A stretch of DNA of 63,594 nt, counting the filler. It is 15 parts of 15 records of this genome, joined end to end, with 100 filler letters (N's around TTAATTAATTAA, not from the genome) between each part and the next. Parts side by side here need not be neighbours in the genome. Positions count along the whole stretch, not along the records: positions 31,971 to 35,870 come from SRR15195285_9501; positions 35,971 to 39,985 come from SRR15195285_9509; positions 40,086 to 43,468 come from SRR15195285_9511; positions 43,569 to 48,301 come from SRR15195285_9521; 11 more parts are not named here. One strand, written 5' to 3'. Both the position numbers and the translations under genes were made by a program. The number at the start of each line of letters is the position of its first letter. Position 1 is the stretch's first letter. Under the pieces are notes generated by a model. It did no database searches. It had not been told where the DNA came from and saw only the letters and a program-made list of their open reading frames with translations. Below are positions 34,196 to 46,096 of this stretch, piece after piece.

Positions 34196-35636
34196 TCACT
34201 CGCCGAGGTCCAGCAAATCGGGCAACGCGTCCGTGTATCCATCCGGCATGATGTTGTTCCCCTCGCTGAGCAGCACCTCCTCCGTCGTCACGCCAGACAG
34301 CACGAGCAGCGTAGACACCCCGCCCGCCCTGCTCCCCCAAACAATCGTTGGTCAGGCTCTATGTTTCTTCAGGCATCTCCTGATTGAAAATTAATGAAGA
34401 ATGAGAGGGGTGCGAGCGTGGGGTCTTGGTTGCAAAGATATTTCCTAAATATGCGATGATCGATCGCTGACGGGTGGGAGACTGCCCTGTGGACGCACAA
34501 ACCAAAGGCAATGTCGGTGTCGAGCCTGTCGCCGACCATGCAGATCTCGCGTGGCGCGATGCCGAACGTGTCGCAGATGTGCGAGAGCATGAACGTCGAG
34601 GGCTTGCCCACCTGCGCGCACCATCCGCGTTTGAAAGTCACTGCGTTGCACTCCAGGACACAAGACTGCGGGTTTTTCTGGTTACGAGGGCTGTCGGGTT
34701 CGCGCAGGGCCCAAACGGGGCAATCTGACGTCCAACTCAAGGGGTGTGGGGCGGACCACTGTGGGCTCGACCTGCGAGGCGGCCGCGATGGCCGCGACCA
34801 TCGCCCCACCACCCGCCCATGTCTGCGCCGATGTCAGGTGTGCCCTGCCCCAACATGTTCACGCAGACTGTCATTGCTGAGCGCTCCGGGACCGTTTCTA
34901 GATCGCTGCGTTCGTTGGCAGCGCACAGGAGCACTCACACAGCGTCGCGATTTGTGGCGATGACCTCCGCTCCGAGCTCCCTCACGCACTGCGTCGCGTA
35001 CTGGATCTTGTAGTAGTTAACGTCCCGATCGAGCCCGACCACCACGGCCTTGACCGCTGGGTCGATCTCGAGTACGCCACCAGGGCCCATGTCAACGTGC
35101 TTCGAGGCGTCGTCAGGACCACCGAGGTGCTGGATCCCGGCGAGATCGAGCTCCTGCTGGATGCCGGCCTCGCCAACGACGTAGACTTTGCCCTCGGGCG
35201 AGAAGGAGCGGGAGGTAAGGTAGGCGGCTGCGGCGAAGGAGGACGCGAAAATCTCCTCCGCCGTCACGGCGATTCCCAGCTCCCGGAACTTGGCTTCGTA
35301 GCCAGCTCGTGATTTCGTGGAGTTGTTTGTGAGGAAAATGAGATGTTTGCCCTTTCGGCGGAGCATCTCGAGGGTCTCGGGGACGCCGTCGATGATGGTG
35401 TCACCACGCCAAATCACGCCATCGCAGTCGAACAGGAAGGTGTCGATGCGATCGACCAGCTCGGCACGCTGCGTGGGCGACAGGCGGCTGCCCGGAGGCC
35501 GGGGGGTCGAGGCAGAGTCGCGCCGCGACCCTGCGACCTGGCTGCCGTGGCGCGCCAGTGGCGTCGCGGCGCCGCAGAGGCAGCGCCGGGCCGGCAGCTG
35601 CGGGAGGCTCCACGAAAGCCGGCGTCGGAGCAGCAT
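34196..35636 (-). CDS. PGLP: Phosphoglycolate phosphatase / 4-nitrophenylphosphatase (HAD class IIA) with Arg-rich N-terminal presequence; 4 exons
   Basis: FLFDCDGVIWRG, LTNNSTKSR, NYYKIQYA, ATNRDA|VAHLT..WAGGG, VGKPS, MVGDRLDTDI and LLVLSGVT assemble through three GT-AG introns. Confidence 0.92.
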
Positions 35637-35842
35637 CTGCGAGGAGGGGTTGGCCCGAGACGTAGCGGGGTGCTGAGTGCCGCCCCTCTGGCATCCGTCG
35701 ATATCGCCGGCGCATCTGTCCCGCGCGCGCGGCGCGCGAGGCCGGCGCGCGCGCACCGGGCGCACCCGGCCGCCGCCTTCGCCCACGCTTCCATGCAGTT
35801 TCCACTTTCCAGGCCTTTCCACCCGCCTCCCACTGACGTCGA

Positions 35843-35870
35843 CACCGGGCATAAGGCCTCCTTATGCCCG
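35843..35870. repeat. Second copy of the hairpin element CACCGGGCATAAGG-cct-CCTTATGCCCG at a contig end
   Basis: Same arms as positions 1-26, here with a 3-nt spacer. Confidence 0.85.
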
Positions 35871-35970
35871 NNNNNNNNNNNNNNNNNNNNNNNNNNNNNN
35901 NNNNNNNNNNNNNNTTAATTAATTAANNNNNNNNNNNNNNNNNNNNNNNNNNNNNNNNNNNNNNNNNNNN

Positions 35971-37768
35971 GCAGCAGCAGCAGCAGCAGCAGCAGCGTCG
36001 TGAAGAAAGACGTCGGCAGCATCGCAGAGTGTCAACAATCCGTGGCTCCTGCGATGCTTCAGTTTGTGGAGAAAACAACTGCAGCGAATTGGACATATTA
36101 CGCTGGCGCTCTGGTTGCAGGTGATGACCTCGGCAGCGACAATCTGACTCTAGCAGATGCGCAAGCGCACTGCACCAGTCTCGATGGTTGCATGGGTTTC
36201 ACGTTCGAGGCAACCAACCCTAACGCAAGCACATGTGCTGACAAGCAGTGCCATGTTTACTTCAAATCGAAGATTAATCTGAATACCGACTCCGCGTGGG
36301 GAACCTGGACAGTGCAGCCTATGGCACATCCTCCTAACCCACATCGCACCGACCCAGCATGCTATTCTGCAAACATGTTTAGTGCTGAAGCTGTCCGTGT
36401 GATTAGTGATCATGCTCAAGATGTGCACGATGACTCGCCACTGTTCCTCTACCTAGCGCTACAAGATGTTCACGAGCCTGTTTCAGCGCCGAGCAAATAC
36501 ATTAGTTTGCATCAGGATATCGACGATGGCACGCGTCGCACCTACGCGGGCATGGTTAGCGCGATGGACGAAGCCATCGGGAATGTTACTTCTGCGCTCA
36601 AAGCGGCAGATATGTGGAGCAACTGTGTTTTCGTGATCTCTAATGGTGCGTGCGAGCTCTATGCGGTTGAAGTCATTTTTGGTGCCTTCTGAATCATCCT
36701 CAACCTTGGCGATGGTGCGTGCGTGTGGTGTTTGGCGCAACAGATAATGGCGGATGGCTTGGTTATGGCGGGTTGAATTTTCCATACAGAGGAGACAAGA
36801 CGACTCTGTACGCACTGTACCCGACATTGAGCGTATTGGCACCGATTGGCATCGACCTGATGTCGCACTGTCTGCACAGGTGGGAGGGCGGGCTGCGAGG
36901 ACTGTCTTGGATCGTTGCGCCGGGTCTGATTGCACCCGGCACCGTGTACCAAAATTTGTTCCATGTAACCGACTGGTTGCCAACGCTCGCGGCTGCAGCA
37001 GGTATCGACCTGACGTCATCAGCAGGAGCTGGTTTCGATGCCATCGATGGTGTGTCTCATTGGTTGGCCCTCACCAGCACTGCTGTTTCCCGACCAACGA
37101 ATGTTCGCAAGGGAAGTGTGTCCGTGCCACCACGTACAGAGATCCTATTCAACATCGATGGCGTTAATGGCACGGGAGCTGCGGCGATTCGTGTTGGTCA
37201 GTACAAGCTCCTTAGGAGTTCACAGCACAGTGTTCACGGCCAGCAAAGAACGGCCGCAATCTCAGTGGACGTGACAGCAGAGGAGGTGTCCTTCCGCAGT
37301 GATGGCCCGCCAGCAGCTGTGCCATCACTTGGGATGGATTGGTGGTGCGACATATGCACTACCAAGGGTGGGTGTAGCGATGCCGTGAAGCCAGCGAAAG
37401 CTGCAGGTGGCGTCTATTGCTCCAATGCAACACTCAACGCTACAGCGGCGGCAGCGGCGCCCCACTACGCTCCAACTGAGTGCGGAGAGGGTTACATGTG
37501 CTACATCTTTGACGTGCTGAACGATCCAACGGAGAGCAATAACCTTGCGTCAACTCGCTCCGATCTACTCGTGGCACTGATGGGTGCACTGGGAAAGTAC
37601 CAGAAGGGAAACGTGCCGTGTTGCAGCTGCAGTCTGCTGCCCGACGCCGCGGAGATGAGTCTCCCACCAAAAGACGGCACGTGGTACACGTTTCACGACG
37701 AATCGGACCCAACGGTTGAGGCGAATCCGCTGTGTGATCTGCTCAGAGAGCCCGCCCGCAACAAATAG
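35971..37768 (+). CDS. Arylsulfatase B-like sulfatase, 5'-truncated, with an inserted PAN/apple-like module; at least 3 exons
   Basis: PLFLYLALQDVHEP, RRTYAGMVSAMDEAIGNV, SN|DNGG, NFPYRGDKTTL|WEGG, HVTDWLPTL and FDV..DPTE..NLA. Introns about 36646-36743 and 36808-36879. Confidence 0.92.
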
Positions 37769-38711
37769 AATCAAGCAGGGCACCGCGTGTACAACTTAGA
37801 GCACAGAGTAACACTAAATCAAGATGAATCTGACGGGTGCCTAATGGTAGACACGGTAGCAACCGCTGTCAGCGTAGCGGTCGACGGCCATCCATGTTTT
37901 GTGCAACGCCCTCTTTGGGCATGGACATGCGCTCGCGCTCGCACAGGCGAGATTGGACTAATCCTGCTCGCGCACACATCGCATCGCAAAATTGATTCGC
38001 GCACCCGTGCCATGCCCACAACCGATATCGATGCATGTACCTCCCACGCTGTGACCGCCAGCAGGTACGGTACTATACTCTACCACTAGTATGGTAGCTA
38101 GAGTAACTAGAGGTATTGTACCGGTAGTTAAAAGATGGACTTCCGGTTGTGAACTTTGAACTGACATCATCTAAGTTGGATAGCTTCCGGCGCTTACACT
38201 GCTGCGCGCTGTGAGGAAATGTCGTGTCGTTTAAACAGGTCCCCTGTGCTGGTGAAAGTGATTGGATTTCATTTTCAAATCGACAAATGGCACGACGACG
38301 GCCGGATCCAGCAGGCGCGACTCCCAGCTCTCACTCCCGGCAGTCAAAATCAATATCGCTGGGGTGAGAATCTTTTCAATTTCCCGCAGTGTGTATTGGA
38401 AAATACTACCATTCTCTGCGGGCTCTTCCAGAGGGTGCGGTCCAGTCAGGGCGTTGGCACGGTGGGGATGGGGATGGCGATGGTGATGATGGGGCTGGGC
38501 TGCTAACACCGCAGTTGCCCTATCCGTGAGTGGACTGCGTTGCTGAGCTCTCTGTGCCTCTCTGTGTAGCGTTGTCGGATTGCGGCAGTCGCTCCCGCCA
38601 CAACGAGGGGAGGGTTGCCTTTAGGGTGGCGATCGCCGGTGCTGTCTCACACACTGTGGTTTGAAGCCGCAGAGACGACGGGCGTTCGTGCTTTCCAGAG
38701 AGCTGTTCGGG

Positions 38712-39254
38712 ATGGCGGACGCTGCGGCGCAAAACAAGCGGCCGGTGGAGGAGGGAGTGGCTGGTGCGCAGGCGCCGCCAGCCAAGAGCATCAAGTTCGC
38801 CGCGGATACGAAGCCTGCAGGGGCGAGCAGCGTGGGCTTCAGGCTCCCGGCGAGCCACGCGGCGGCAGGAGCGAGCGCGACAGCAGCCGCGGCGCCGGCG
38901 GTGCACGCCAACCAGAAGATCGGCGTGCCGGTCGACTTGGACGGCGGCTACCGGTGCACCAAGACTGGCCGCTGGATAGGCAATGGGACCTGGGTGCGTC
39001 CGCCATTTGTTCACCACCCGTGGTCGTGCCCCGGTCGTGCCCACTTGCGGCCGCCTAGTCGTGACGTGACCGCCCTCCTCGTGTGCCGGGGTTCTGCGCA
39101 GAAGCCACTGTGGAACGGCATCGACGTCGGCAGCTGGGAGGGTAGTTACTGGTACGGCATTCCGGACGACCAGCAGGAGGCGTACAGAAAGCAGGAGCAG
39201 GAAAAGGCTGCGGCCAAGCGTGCTGCCGACGCGGCTGCAGCTGGAGCGGAGTGA
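38712..39254 (+). CDS. Small hypothetical protein with Trp-Gly-rich C-terminal domain; likely 2 exons
   Basis: ATG 38712. In-frame 108-nt intron 38994-39101 (GTGCGT..GCGCAG) joins GRWIGNGTW|KPLWNGIDVGSWEGSYWYG. Confidence 0.6.
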   Translation: MADAAAQNKRPVEEGVAGAQAPPAKSIKFAADTKPAGASSVGFRLPASHAAAGASATAAAAPAVHANQKIGVPVDLDGGYRCTKTGRWIGNGTWVRPPFVHHPWSCPGRAHLRPPSRDVTALLVCRGSAQKPLWNGIDVGSWEGSYWYGIPDDQQEAYRKQEQEKAAAKRAADAAAAGAE

Positions 39255-39381
39255 GATGTGCAGCAGCGGCACGAACCGTGGTGCGAGCAGCTAAGCTAGC
39301 TTCGGCGCAACAAGCTTCATTTTGATATCCACATGTACACGCGGGTTGCTTGTGTGCGCCCTGCCCGCGCGATCCCTTCGA

Positions 39382-39985
39382 TCACCGCCTTCCCCACGGG
39401 GACAAACTTGTGCGACGTTCGCGGTCTCGGCGAAGCTGCTCAATGAGAGCTGTCGTCGAGGTTGATGCAGCCAGCACGTCCCGATGCGCCGCCTCCGATT
39501 CACGCCACATGCTCACGCCTGCTGATGACTGCTTGACGTATGGGGACATAATCCGCTTGAGGATCACTGGCGGTCGCTTCTTCCGCACTTTGCCGGCTCT
39601 CAGCCCCTCGAGATACCAACTCACAAAGTCTTCGTAATCGATCGTCCCATTCCCGTCAGCGTCGAGGCCTGTGGTCGCATCCTCCAGGTCAGCCCGCGTG
39701 GCCGAGGCACCCAGTATGTCCAGGACGGCCTCGACGTGCGTGCAGTCAAGAGTCCCGCTCCGTTCGCTGTCGACCGTAAGCCACGCGTGCTCCAGTGCCT
39801 CAGCCGAACTAGGTACAGGTGAATGCGCCGAACTGCGCCCTGGCGTGGCTTCAGTGGTTGATACTGGCGGTATCCCTTCCTCGGCCGCCGGTGGATTTAC
39901 TGTCTGAGGGCCCGGACCAGACGACGGTGCGAACGTACGTGCTCTGATCCCGTCGCCATCACCATCACCATCACCATCACCATCA
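39382..39985 (-). CDS. 3' fragment of an EF-hand protein (mostly missed by the ORF track)
   Basis: Open frame from the contig end: ...WLTVDSERSGTLDCTHV...LDADGNGTIDYEDFVSWY, an EF-hand pair, continuing into ORF 39382..39624. Confidence 0.8.
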
Positions 39986-40085
39986 NNNNNNNNNNNNNNN
40001 NNNNNNNNNNNNNNNNNNNNNNNNNNNNNTTAATTAATTAANNNNNNNNNNNNNNNNNNNNNNNNNNNNNNNNNNNNNNNNNNNN

Positions 40086-42597
40086 CACGAAAATCTCCCA
40101 GGCAATCAAGGTCAATGGCGACCACCGATCAAGACCATGAACAGCTCGCTGATCTACCAAGGCAACCTCCGCAGTGCGCTGGCCACTGACACATACATCA
40201 TGAAAGGAGACGCTGCTGGGGAGACCTATCATCCATCGTTCACATACCACGGTTGCCGGTACGTGGAAGTGACCGGGCTCGACTCTTTGACGGTTGATGA
40301 CATCGAATACCACCACTTCCACACTGCCAACGCGGCAAAAGCGAAGACGACCTTCTCGTCCGCAACGGTTACTGCCATCCAGAAGATGTCGCTGGGCGCG
40401 CAGCGTTCAAATATGATGACAGTGCCAACGGACTGCGACCAACGTGACGAGCGGCTGGGTTGGATGGGCGACGCCGACCTCTCTGCTGAGGCCATGCTAA
40501 TCAACTATGACTGCGGCGCCTTCCTACAGATGTTCATGAAGAACATGGACTCTGAAATCAATCCAGACGGAAGCCTCACTGATGTCGTGCCGTTTGTTCG
40601 GTACGGAAATCGCCCAGGCGATCCTAGCTGGACGGCCGCGTTCATCGAAGTTGCCTATCAGCTATGGAAACAAGACGGCAAGGCTGCTATCCCCAAGATG
40701 TACTGGGATAGGATCCAGCTCCACCTGAGCAAGTTTGCGGAGATGGCCAAGAAGGCCTCAAGCAAGTGGCCACCGACCGAGTACGGTAAGTGTCACCATT
40801 ACAGCGCTTGGTTCAGTAGACACCGATCATCACTAGGGACGTATGTCGCCGCACGCTGTTGTCGAATATGTCCGCACTGATCCATGTGTGTGTGTGCTGG
40901 ACTACATGATCTCTGCTGGAGCAGGTGACTGGGTGCCTCCTCCGTCCCCAAAGGGCAAACAAATATCTGGTGGGCCAAAGCCAGACCGCGAGATGACCTC
41001 TGCGCACGCATGGATGGGAAACATCCAGAGTGTCATCGAGATGGCAACCGCGATTGGCGAGGGCTCAACCGCTGCGTCACTTAAGACAACGCTCGCAAAG
41101 CTCACCGCGCAGTTCAACGACGAGTGGCTGCATCCGAACGGCACCTACGGCAACAACGTTCAGAGCACTTACTCGCTACCACTCAGCCTGGGTATCGTGC
41201 CAGCTGATGTGAAAAGTAAGGTCGAAGACAACATGGTCAAGAATGTAGATGACAAGCTCCCCGTGCCAGAGGGCTGCGGCCACTGGCCTGGTCATATCAC
41301 GACAGGCATTATCGGTGGCAAATACTTGTTTCAGGCGCTTGCCGATGCAGGACACAAGGACGTGGCTCTTAAGGTGCTGGAGACGACCGACTACCCAGGT
41401 TTCGGCTTCATGTTCTCAAACACTATGGAGCCAGCAACAGTGAGCCAGCCACATTCCCACAAATCGTTTCAAATTTCAGCCTAATTCCAGCCTAATGAGC
41501 CAATTCTTAGCAACAGTGGGGCAGCAACATTCTCACAAATCATTTCTGTATTCAGGAGAATTTGTGGGAGTTGATGGACGCTCCCTACGAAGGAGTGGGT
41601 ATGAACAGTCGAAATCATCATATGTGGTCGTCGGTGAGCACATACCTGGTCAAGAATCTTGCTGGCCTTGACCAGGCACCAGAATCGGCTGGATACCAGC
41701 ATCTGATCCTCACTCCTGGTGACATGCCCGGCGAAGAGCAGCGTGGTGGCATGAGCGCAGCGTCTGCCACCCTGGCACTCGCACGAGGCGACGCATCAAT
41801 CGACTGGCAATGGATCGGCGGCACCCACTGTGTCACCGCAGCGGATGGTTCGGACATGCAGATCGACTGTGGCGACAACGGGGGAGTAATTGAGTCCGTC
41901 ACATTCGCATCCTACGGGTTGCCTACAGGCCAGTGTGGAGCATTCGTTGCAAACAGTGGGTGCGACCATGAACACTCCACGAAACTTGTGGAGGCAGCAT
42001 GTCTCGGCAAATCATCGTGCAGCGTGCCGGTAGCTGCTCATAACTTCGGCACTAGCGAGCAAGCGAGCTGTGCGCCGGCCGGTCACGCCCAACGTGTGCA
42101 TGCCCAAGTCGTTTGCTCTGCACCAGCCAAACTGAAGGTCTCTGCGAACGTGTGAGTTTTTCTTTGCTGCATTGTTTGGTTTTTGTCGCTCGACGTTCGG
42201 ATAGTATCAAAGCTGGCAGCGCAGAGATCAAACCCAGCAAACTACCTTGATCTTCCTGCGTCATTCGCAACTGAGCGTCTGCACATGCATCTTGCGCAGT
42301 CCTGTTGGAAGCGTCGCCCACGTGCACATTCCGCAGCCGGCAAAGCACCATGCGCAGCTCAGCATGCTTGGCAACAGCTCGACTACCTCGAAGACTGCGC
42401 TCTGGGGCCAAGCTTCTGGTCTGGTGGACGAGCCGAACTCGGCAGGTGCGGGACCGGCGCGCAGCTTTTCGCGATTGCGTACAAACGACTTGTTGCTGAC
42501 CAAATTGGGCGCAGGTGTCACTGGCGTCGAGCAAGATCAAGATGGGACGCTCAAGGTCGCTGTAGGCAGCGGACACTACGACCTGCTGCTTGAGTAG
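40086..42597 (+). CDS. Alpha-L-rhamnosidase (GH78), 5'-truncated, with a Gal-binding SUEL lectin domain inside the C-terminal domain; at least 4 exons
   Basis: FTYHGCRYVEV, PTDCDQRDERLGWMGD, Y|GDW, TGIIG, T|ENLWE and SRNHHM motifs; FASYGLPTGQCG...CLGKSSC (SUEL). Introns about 40786-40924, 41440-41555 and 42152-42299. Confidence 0.93.
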
Positions 42598-42740
42598 GCA
42601 GAGGATGCCTACGAGATCTGAAACGTCCTGGGGGTAGCACTGGAAGGGTGCATCCAGTGCACACGACCAGCTGAGCTCGCGGGTGAGCAACGTGTTTGCC
42701 GATAATCTGGCAATGCATGCGGTTCATTGCGTTCATTGCA

Positions 42741-43468
42741 CTAGTGGCGTGCTGCTGCTGCCTCAGCAATAGTTCGTAGCTCCCTCGTGACTTTGTTCTC
42801 GCCGCAATCTTCCTGGCTGGACACCAGGGTGTTCAGAACAACACTCGCAGCATGCAGACCGAATTGGACTGGCAGACACGCCCAGGTTCCATAAAACGAG
42901 GCTTTGTTCTTCACTTTCCCGGGGGTTATGTCGAATGCCTTCCGCGGAGACTCACTCGATGTTATGACTGTGACGCCGCCCTCGATCCCGTAGTCCTTTG
43001 CAAGACGTTTGCGCACGACGGCTCCAAGTTTATCGTGGACCCAAGGCTGCTCGTGCTGATTGCGTGGAATGTGTGCCAACTGATGACTGTGCTTGGCCGC
43101 TGCTTTTGCACTATGCACTGCCTTCGTGAGGCTTCGACGATCGCAGTGCAGCTGCGAGAGGTCCACCACGACGACCTTCGACGGGTCGAGTCTGCCCCCA
43201 GCACCCTACCGAAAGAACAACGATGCTTCTGTTTCAGCCTCGTCCGGTAAGAGGATTGGGTCGTGTCGGGGCGCACCATGCTGCTCACTATAGGCACGCG
43301 ATATTTCAACGCAGCCCGTATGAGTTCTACCTTGGGCGTGATGGAGTCAATTGCATCGACCACGTAGTCGAAAGGCAGGCCAGACATTCCTGCCTTTACT
43401 ATGGCATCAACCTTCTCGGCATCTGGGGGTAGAAACATATGCCGCGCATCCTGCGTCCACACGCCCCA
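42741..43468 (-). CDS. tcdA: tRNA threonylcarbamoyladenosine dehydratase (TcdA/CsdL, ThiF family), 5'-truncated
   Basis: FDYVVDAIDSITPKVELI...IVSSM|GAGGRLDPSKV..DLS...DKL...VRKRL...SSE...YGT...P..FGL. One intron about 43207-43276. Confidence 0.9.
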
Positions 43469-44409
43469 NNNNNNNNNNNNNNNNNNNNNNNNNNNNNNNN
43501 NNNNNNNNNNNNTTAATTAATTAANNNNNNNNNNNNNNNNNNNNNNNNNNNNNNNNNNNNNNNNNNNNGCTGCTGCGGCTGCTGCTGCGGCTGCTGCTAC
43601 CGCCGCCCCCCCAGCCCGAGGACCCTCAGGTGGCTGCAGACCGCACTGCCCAAGCAACCCGTGGCAGCGGCGGCTAAGGGCTATGCGGCGTGTGCCCCTG
43701 CCCGTCCACCCTCCGTCGGCTGCTCCGTGCGCTTTGCTGCCGCCGTCCCTGCCCCCTCCAGCACGCTGATCCCCAGCCTTGGCTGCCGTCGCCTGGGCGC
43801 TGTGCTAGCGGCGCTGCACCGCCCACAGCTGCCGCACCATGCCCTCCCCCCTGCCGTCCCTCCTGACCAGCAGCGCACAGCGAGCAGCGTGGCCAACGGT
43901 GTCTCGACTCATCCGGGGACGATACGTGTACGATCCCGCCGGCGCGCGCCGGACGGCCGATTCCCGTGGCATGAATCGGCGGGCATTCCCCCATGATTCT
44001 TGATTGAATGAACTCGATGAACCGGGCGGGACCCGGTGTTTTGTCGATTTTGTGGGATGAAGCATGAAGGATGAACGATGATGTCAGTCGAGTCAGCGAA
44101 CAGCAGGCAGCAGCAGTGGGTATCCTATTCATTCATAAATTACCCGGAGTTTACACTCTCTACTGAATTCTGAGCCAATCAACAGAGGCAGTTAGTCAGT
44201 CCGCTGGGGCCCTGCAGCAGGGGCAGCTGGCCCTGGGCGCCACCGAGGGGGGGCAGGGAAGGGGCACGGGCCATGGGGGAGATGTGGGCCATGGGGGGGT
44301 GCATGTACTAGTGGGGGCTGGCCTGCCTGGCCTGCCTGGCCTGGCCTCGCTGCTGCTCTGCTCTTGCGCGGCGGCGGAGGGAGGAGCGACAGGCGCCGTC
44401 GTCCTCTAG

Positions 44410-45798
44410 ATGTTGCCGACCTATGCGAGCCCCTCGAGGCGGCGGCGGCCGGGCTCGGCGCTGATCAACCTCGGGGCGATGCGCCGGAGGATCGGGGAGA
44501 ATCCGCGGGTGGTGAAGCTCGGGCTGCCGGTGCTGGGGCTGTTCTTCTTGGGGGTGGTGGGCACGAGCTTCTTCTCGGAGGTGGAGCGCCTGCCGGGGGC
44601 CGAGAACAAGGGCCTCGACCAGGCGGGCGAGCCGTCGGCCCACCCGGCGGCCGACAGGGTGCCGTACACGCACCAGAGCCAGGAGCTGCAGGACTGGACG
44701 GCGGACTCCCCCGCGCCGCCGACGCTCCCGCCCGCGCCCGCTGCAGCGGCAGCGACGGCGGCTGCGGTAGTGACGACGGCGGCGGTGAAGCCGGCGCCCG
44801 TGGCCGTGGCCGTGCCGGTGTCCGATGTGACGGCGGTCGACGGTGTTCCGACCGACGCCCATCTGGACGGTGCCGTAGACGATCACCCGTGGCTGGTGCA
44901 GACCGGGGAGAAGGTCGCTACCGACCTCAACGAGGACGCGCAGGCTCTAGCCAAGGTCGAGCAGCGACTTGTCGCCCAACCGCTCAACCAGGAGGCGGCG
45001 AAGCTGGCGGCGGAGGAGCAGCAGCTGGCGCAGAGGGCGGAGTCTGCGCTCGTGGCGGAGGGGAAGGCCGTGGTCGCTGACACCGAGGTGGTGGAAGCCA
45101 AGGTCGAGGGGGTGCTCGTGGAGGCAGAGGAGGTGATGGCTCCGCTCGAGCAGGAGGTCACGACGGTCGTGCACAAGGTCGAGCAGGAGGCGAGCTTCGT
45201 GGAAGCCGAGGTCTCTGGCGCAGCTAGGAGTGGCGCGGCGGAGATGGAGGTGGTAGAGAGCGCTGCGGAAGAAGAGGTGATCGTGATCGTCGGCACGATG
45301 GAGGAGATGTTGTTCTCGTGGACGTTTTTTGGCGTGTTCCTCTTCTCACTCTACCGAGTGTCGCGCAAGGAACGGAAGTGGTGGCGCGATAGCAAAGCTC
45401 ACGGCCACGGAGGTGGCGCTTACGACGAGGAGGACAGTAGAACGGCCGGTAGCCCCTACGCGCTGCGCTACCCACGGGAGAAGCTGCTGACCACACCGCG
45501 GAGGGACCACAGCGGCCAAGCTGCTGGCGGTCCAGGCCAGGGCCTTTCCGGATTGCCATCTTCGTCGTTGTTCTTGGATGACGAGGTCAGTGGTGGCAAA
45601 AGTCGAGGCGTCGCCGATGACTTAGACGAAGAAGATCGCGCGGCGCTTGAGTTGGGGCGGCTGATGCTGCACGAGAGGGAGGCCGCGCAGCGAATGAGAG
45701 AGCAGACAGCCCAGGCAGTTGCCGCACAGCAGGCTTTCAGTGTGAGTTTGAATGGCGGCGCGGGCCCGTCGAGGGAGACGACCGCACTATATGGATAA
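44410..45798 (+). CDS. Hypothetical membrane protein: two TM segments flanking an acidic Glu/Val/Ala-rich coiled region
   Basis: 462-aa intronless ORF with strong GC3 bias. TMs LGLPVLGLFFLGVVGTSFF and LFSWTFFGVFLFSLY. Confidence 0.65.
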   Translation: MLPTYASPSRRRRPGSALINLGAMRRRIGENPRVVKLGLPVLGLFFLGVVGTSFFSEVERLPGAENKGLDQAGEPSAHPAADRVPYTHQSQELQDWTADSPAPPTLPPAPAAAAATAAAVVTTAAVKPAPVAVAVPVSDVTAVDGVPTDAHLDGAVDDHPWLVQTGEKVATDLNEDAQALAKVEQRLVAQPLNQEAAKLAAEEQQLAQRAESALVAEGKAVVADTEVVEAKVEGVLVEAEEVMAPLEQEVTTVVHKVEQEASFVEAEVSGAARSGAAEMEVVESAAEEEVIVIVGTMEEMLFSWTFFGVFLFSLYRVSRKERKWWRDSKAHGHGGGAYDEEDSRTAGSPYALRYPREKLLTTPRRDHSGQAAGGPGQGLSGLPSSSLFLDDEVSGGKSRGVADDLDEEDRAALELGRLMLHEREAAQRMREQTAQAVAAQQAFSVSLNGGAGPSRETTALYG

Positions 45799-46096
45799 GG
45801 AGCAGTACAGTGTACTTGATAATGATGATAATGATAATGACAATCACACCAGTCAACTAGCTGCAGTGCGACATACCGCAAAATTGGCTGTGAAGCGAGG
45901 CACCTTGGTGGCAACTAGGTTACATATCATTAATGCCCAGGCTACGCACTCAGCGACACAACAGCACCGCACTGCACCGCCGCTAGTAAATGAGTCCAGC
46001 ACTTCTCACAGTGAACATCGTTGCCACCATGAGGTTGTGCCTCTGAGACACTGCGAGCAAGCCCCTCGCAGTGTGTGGTGCTGGGCAGTTCAACGG

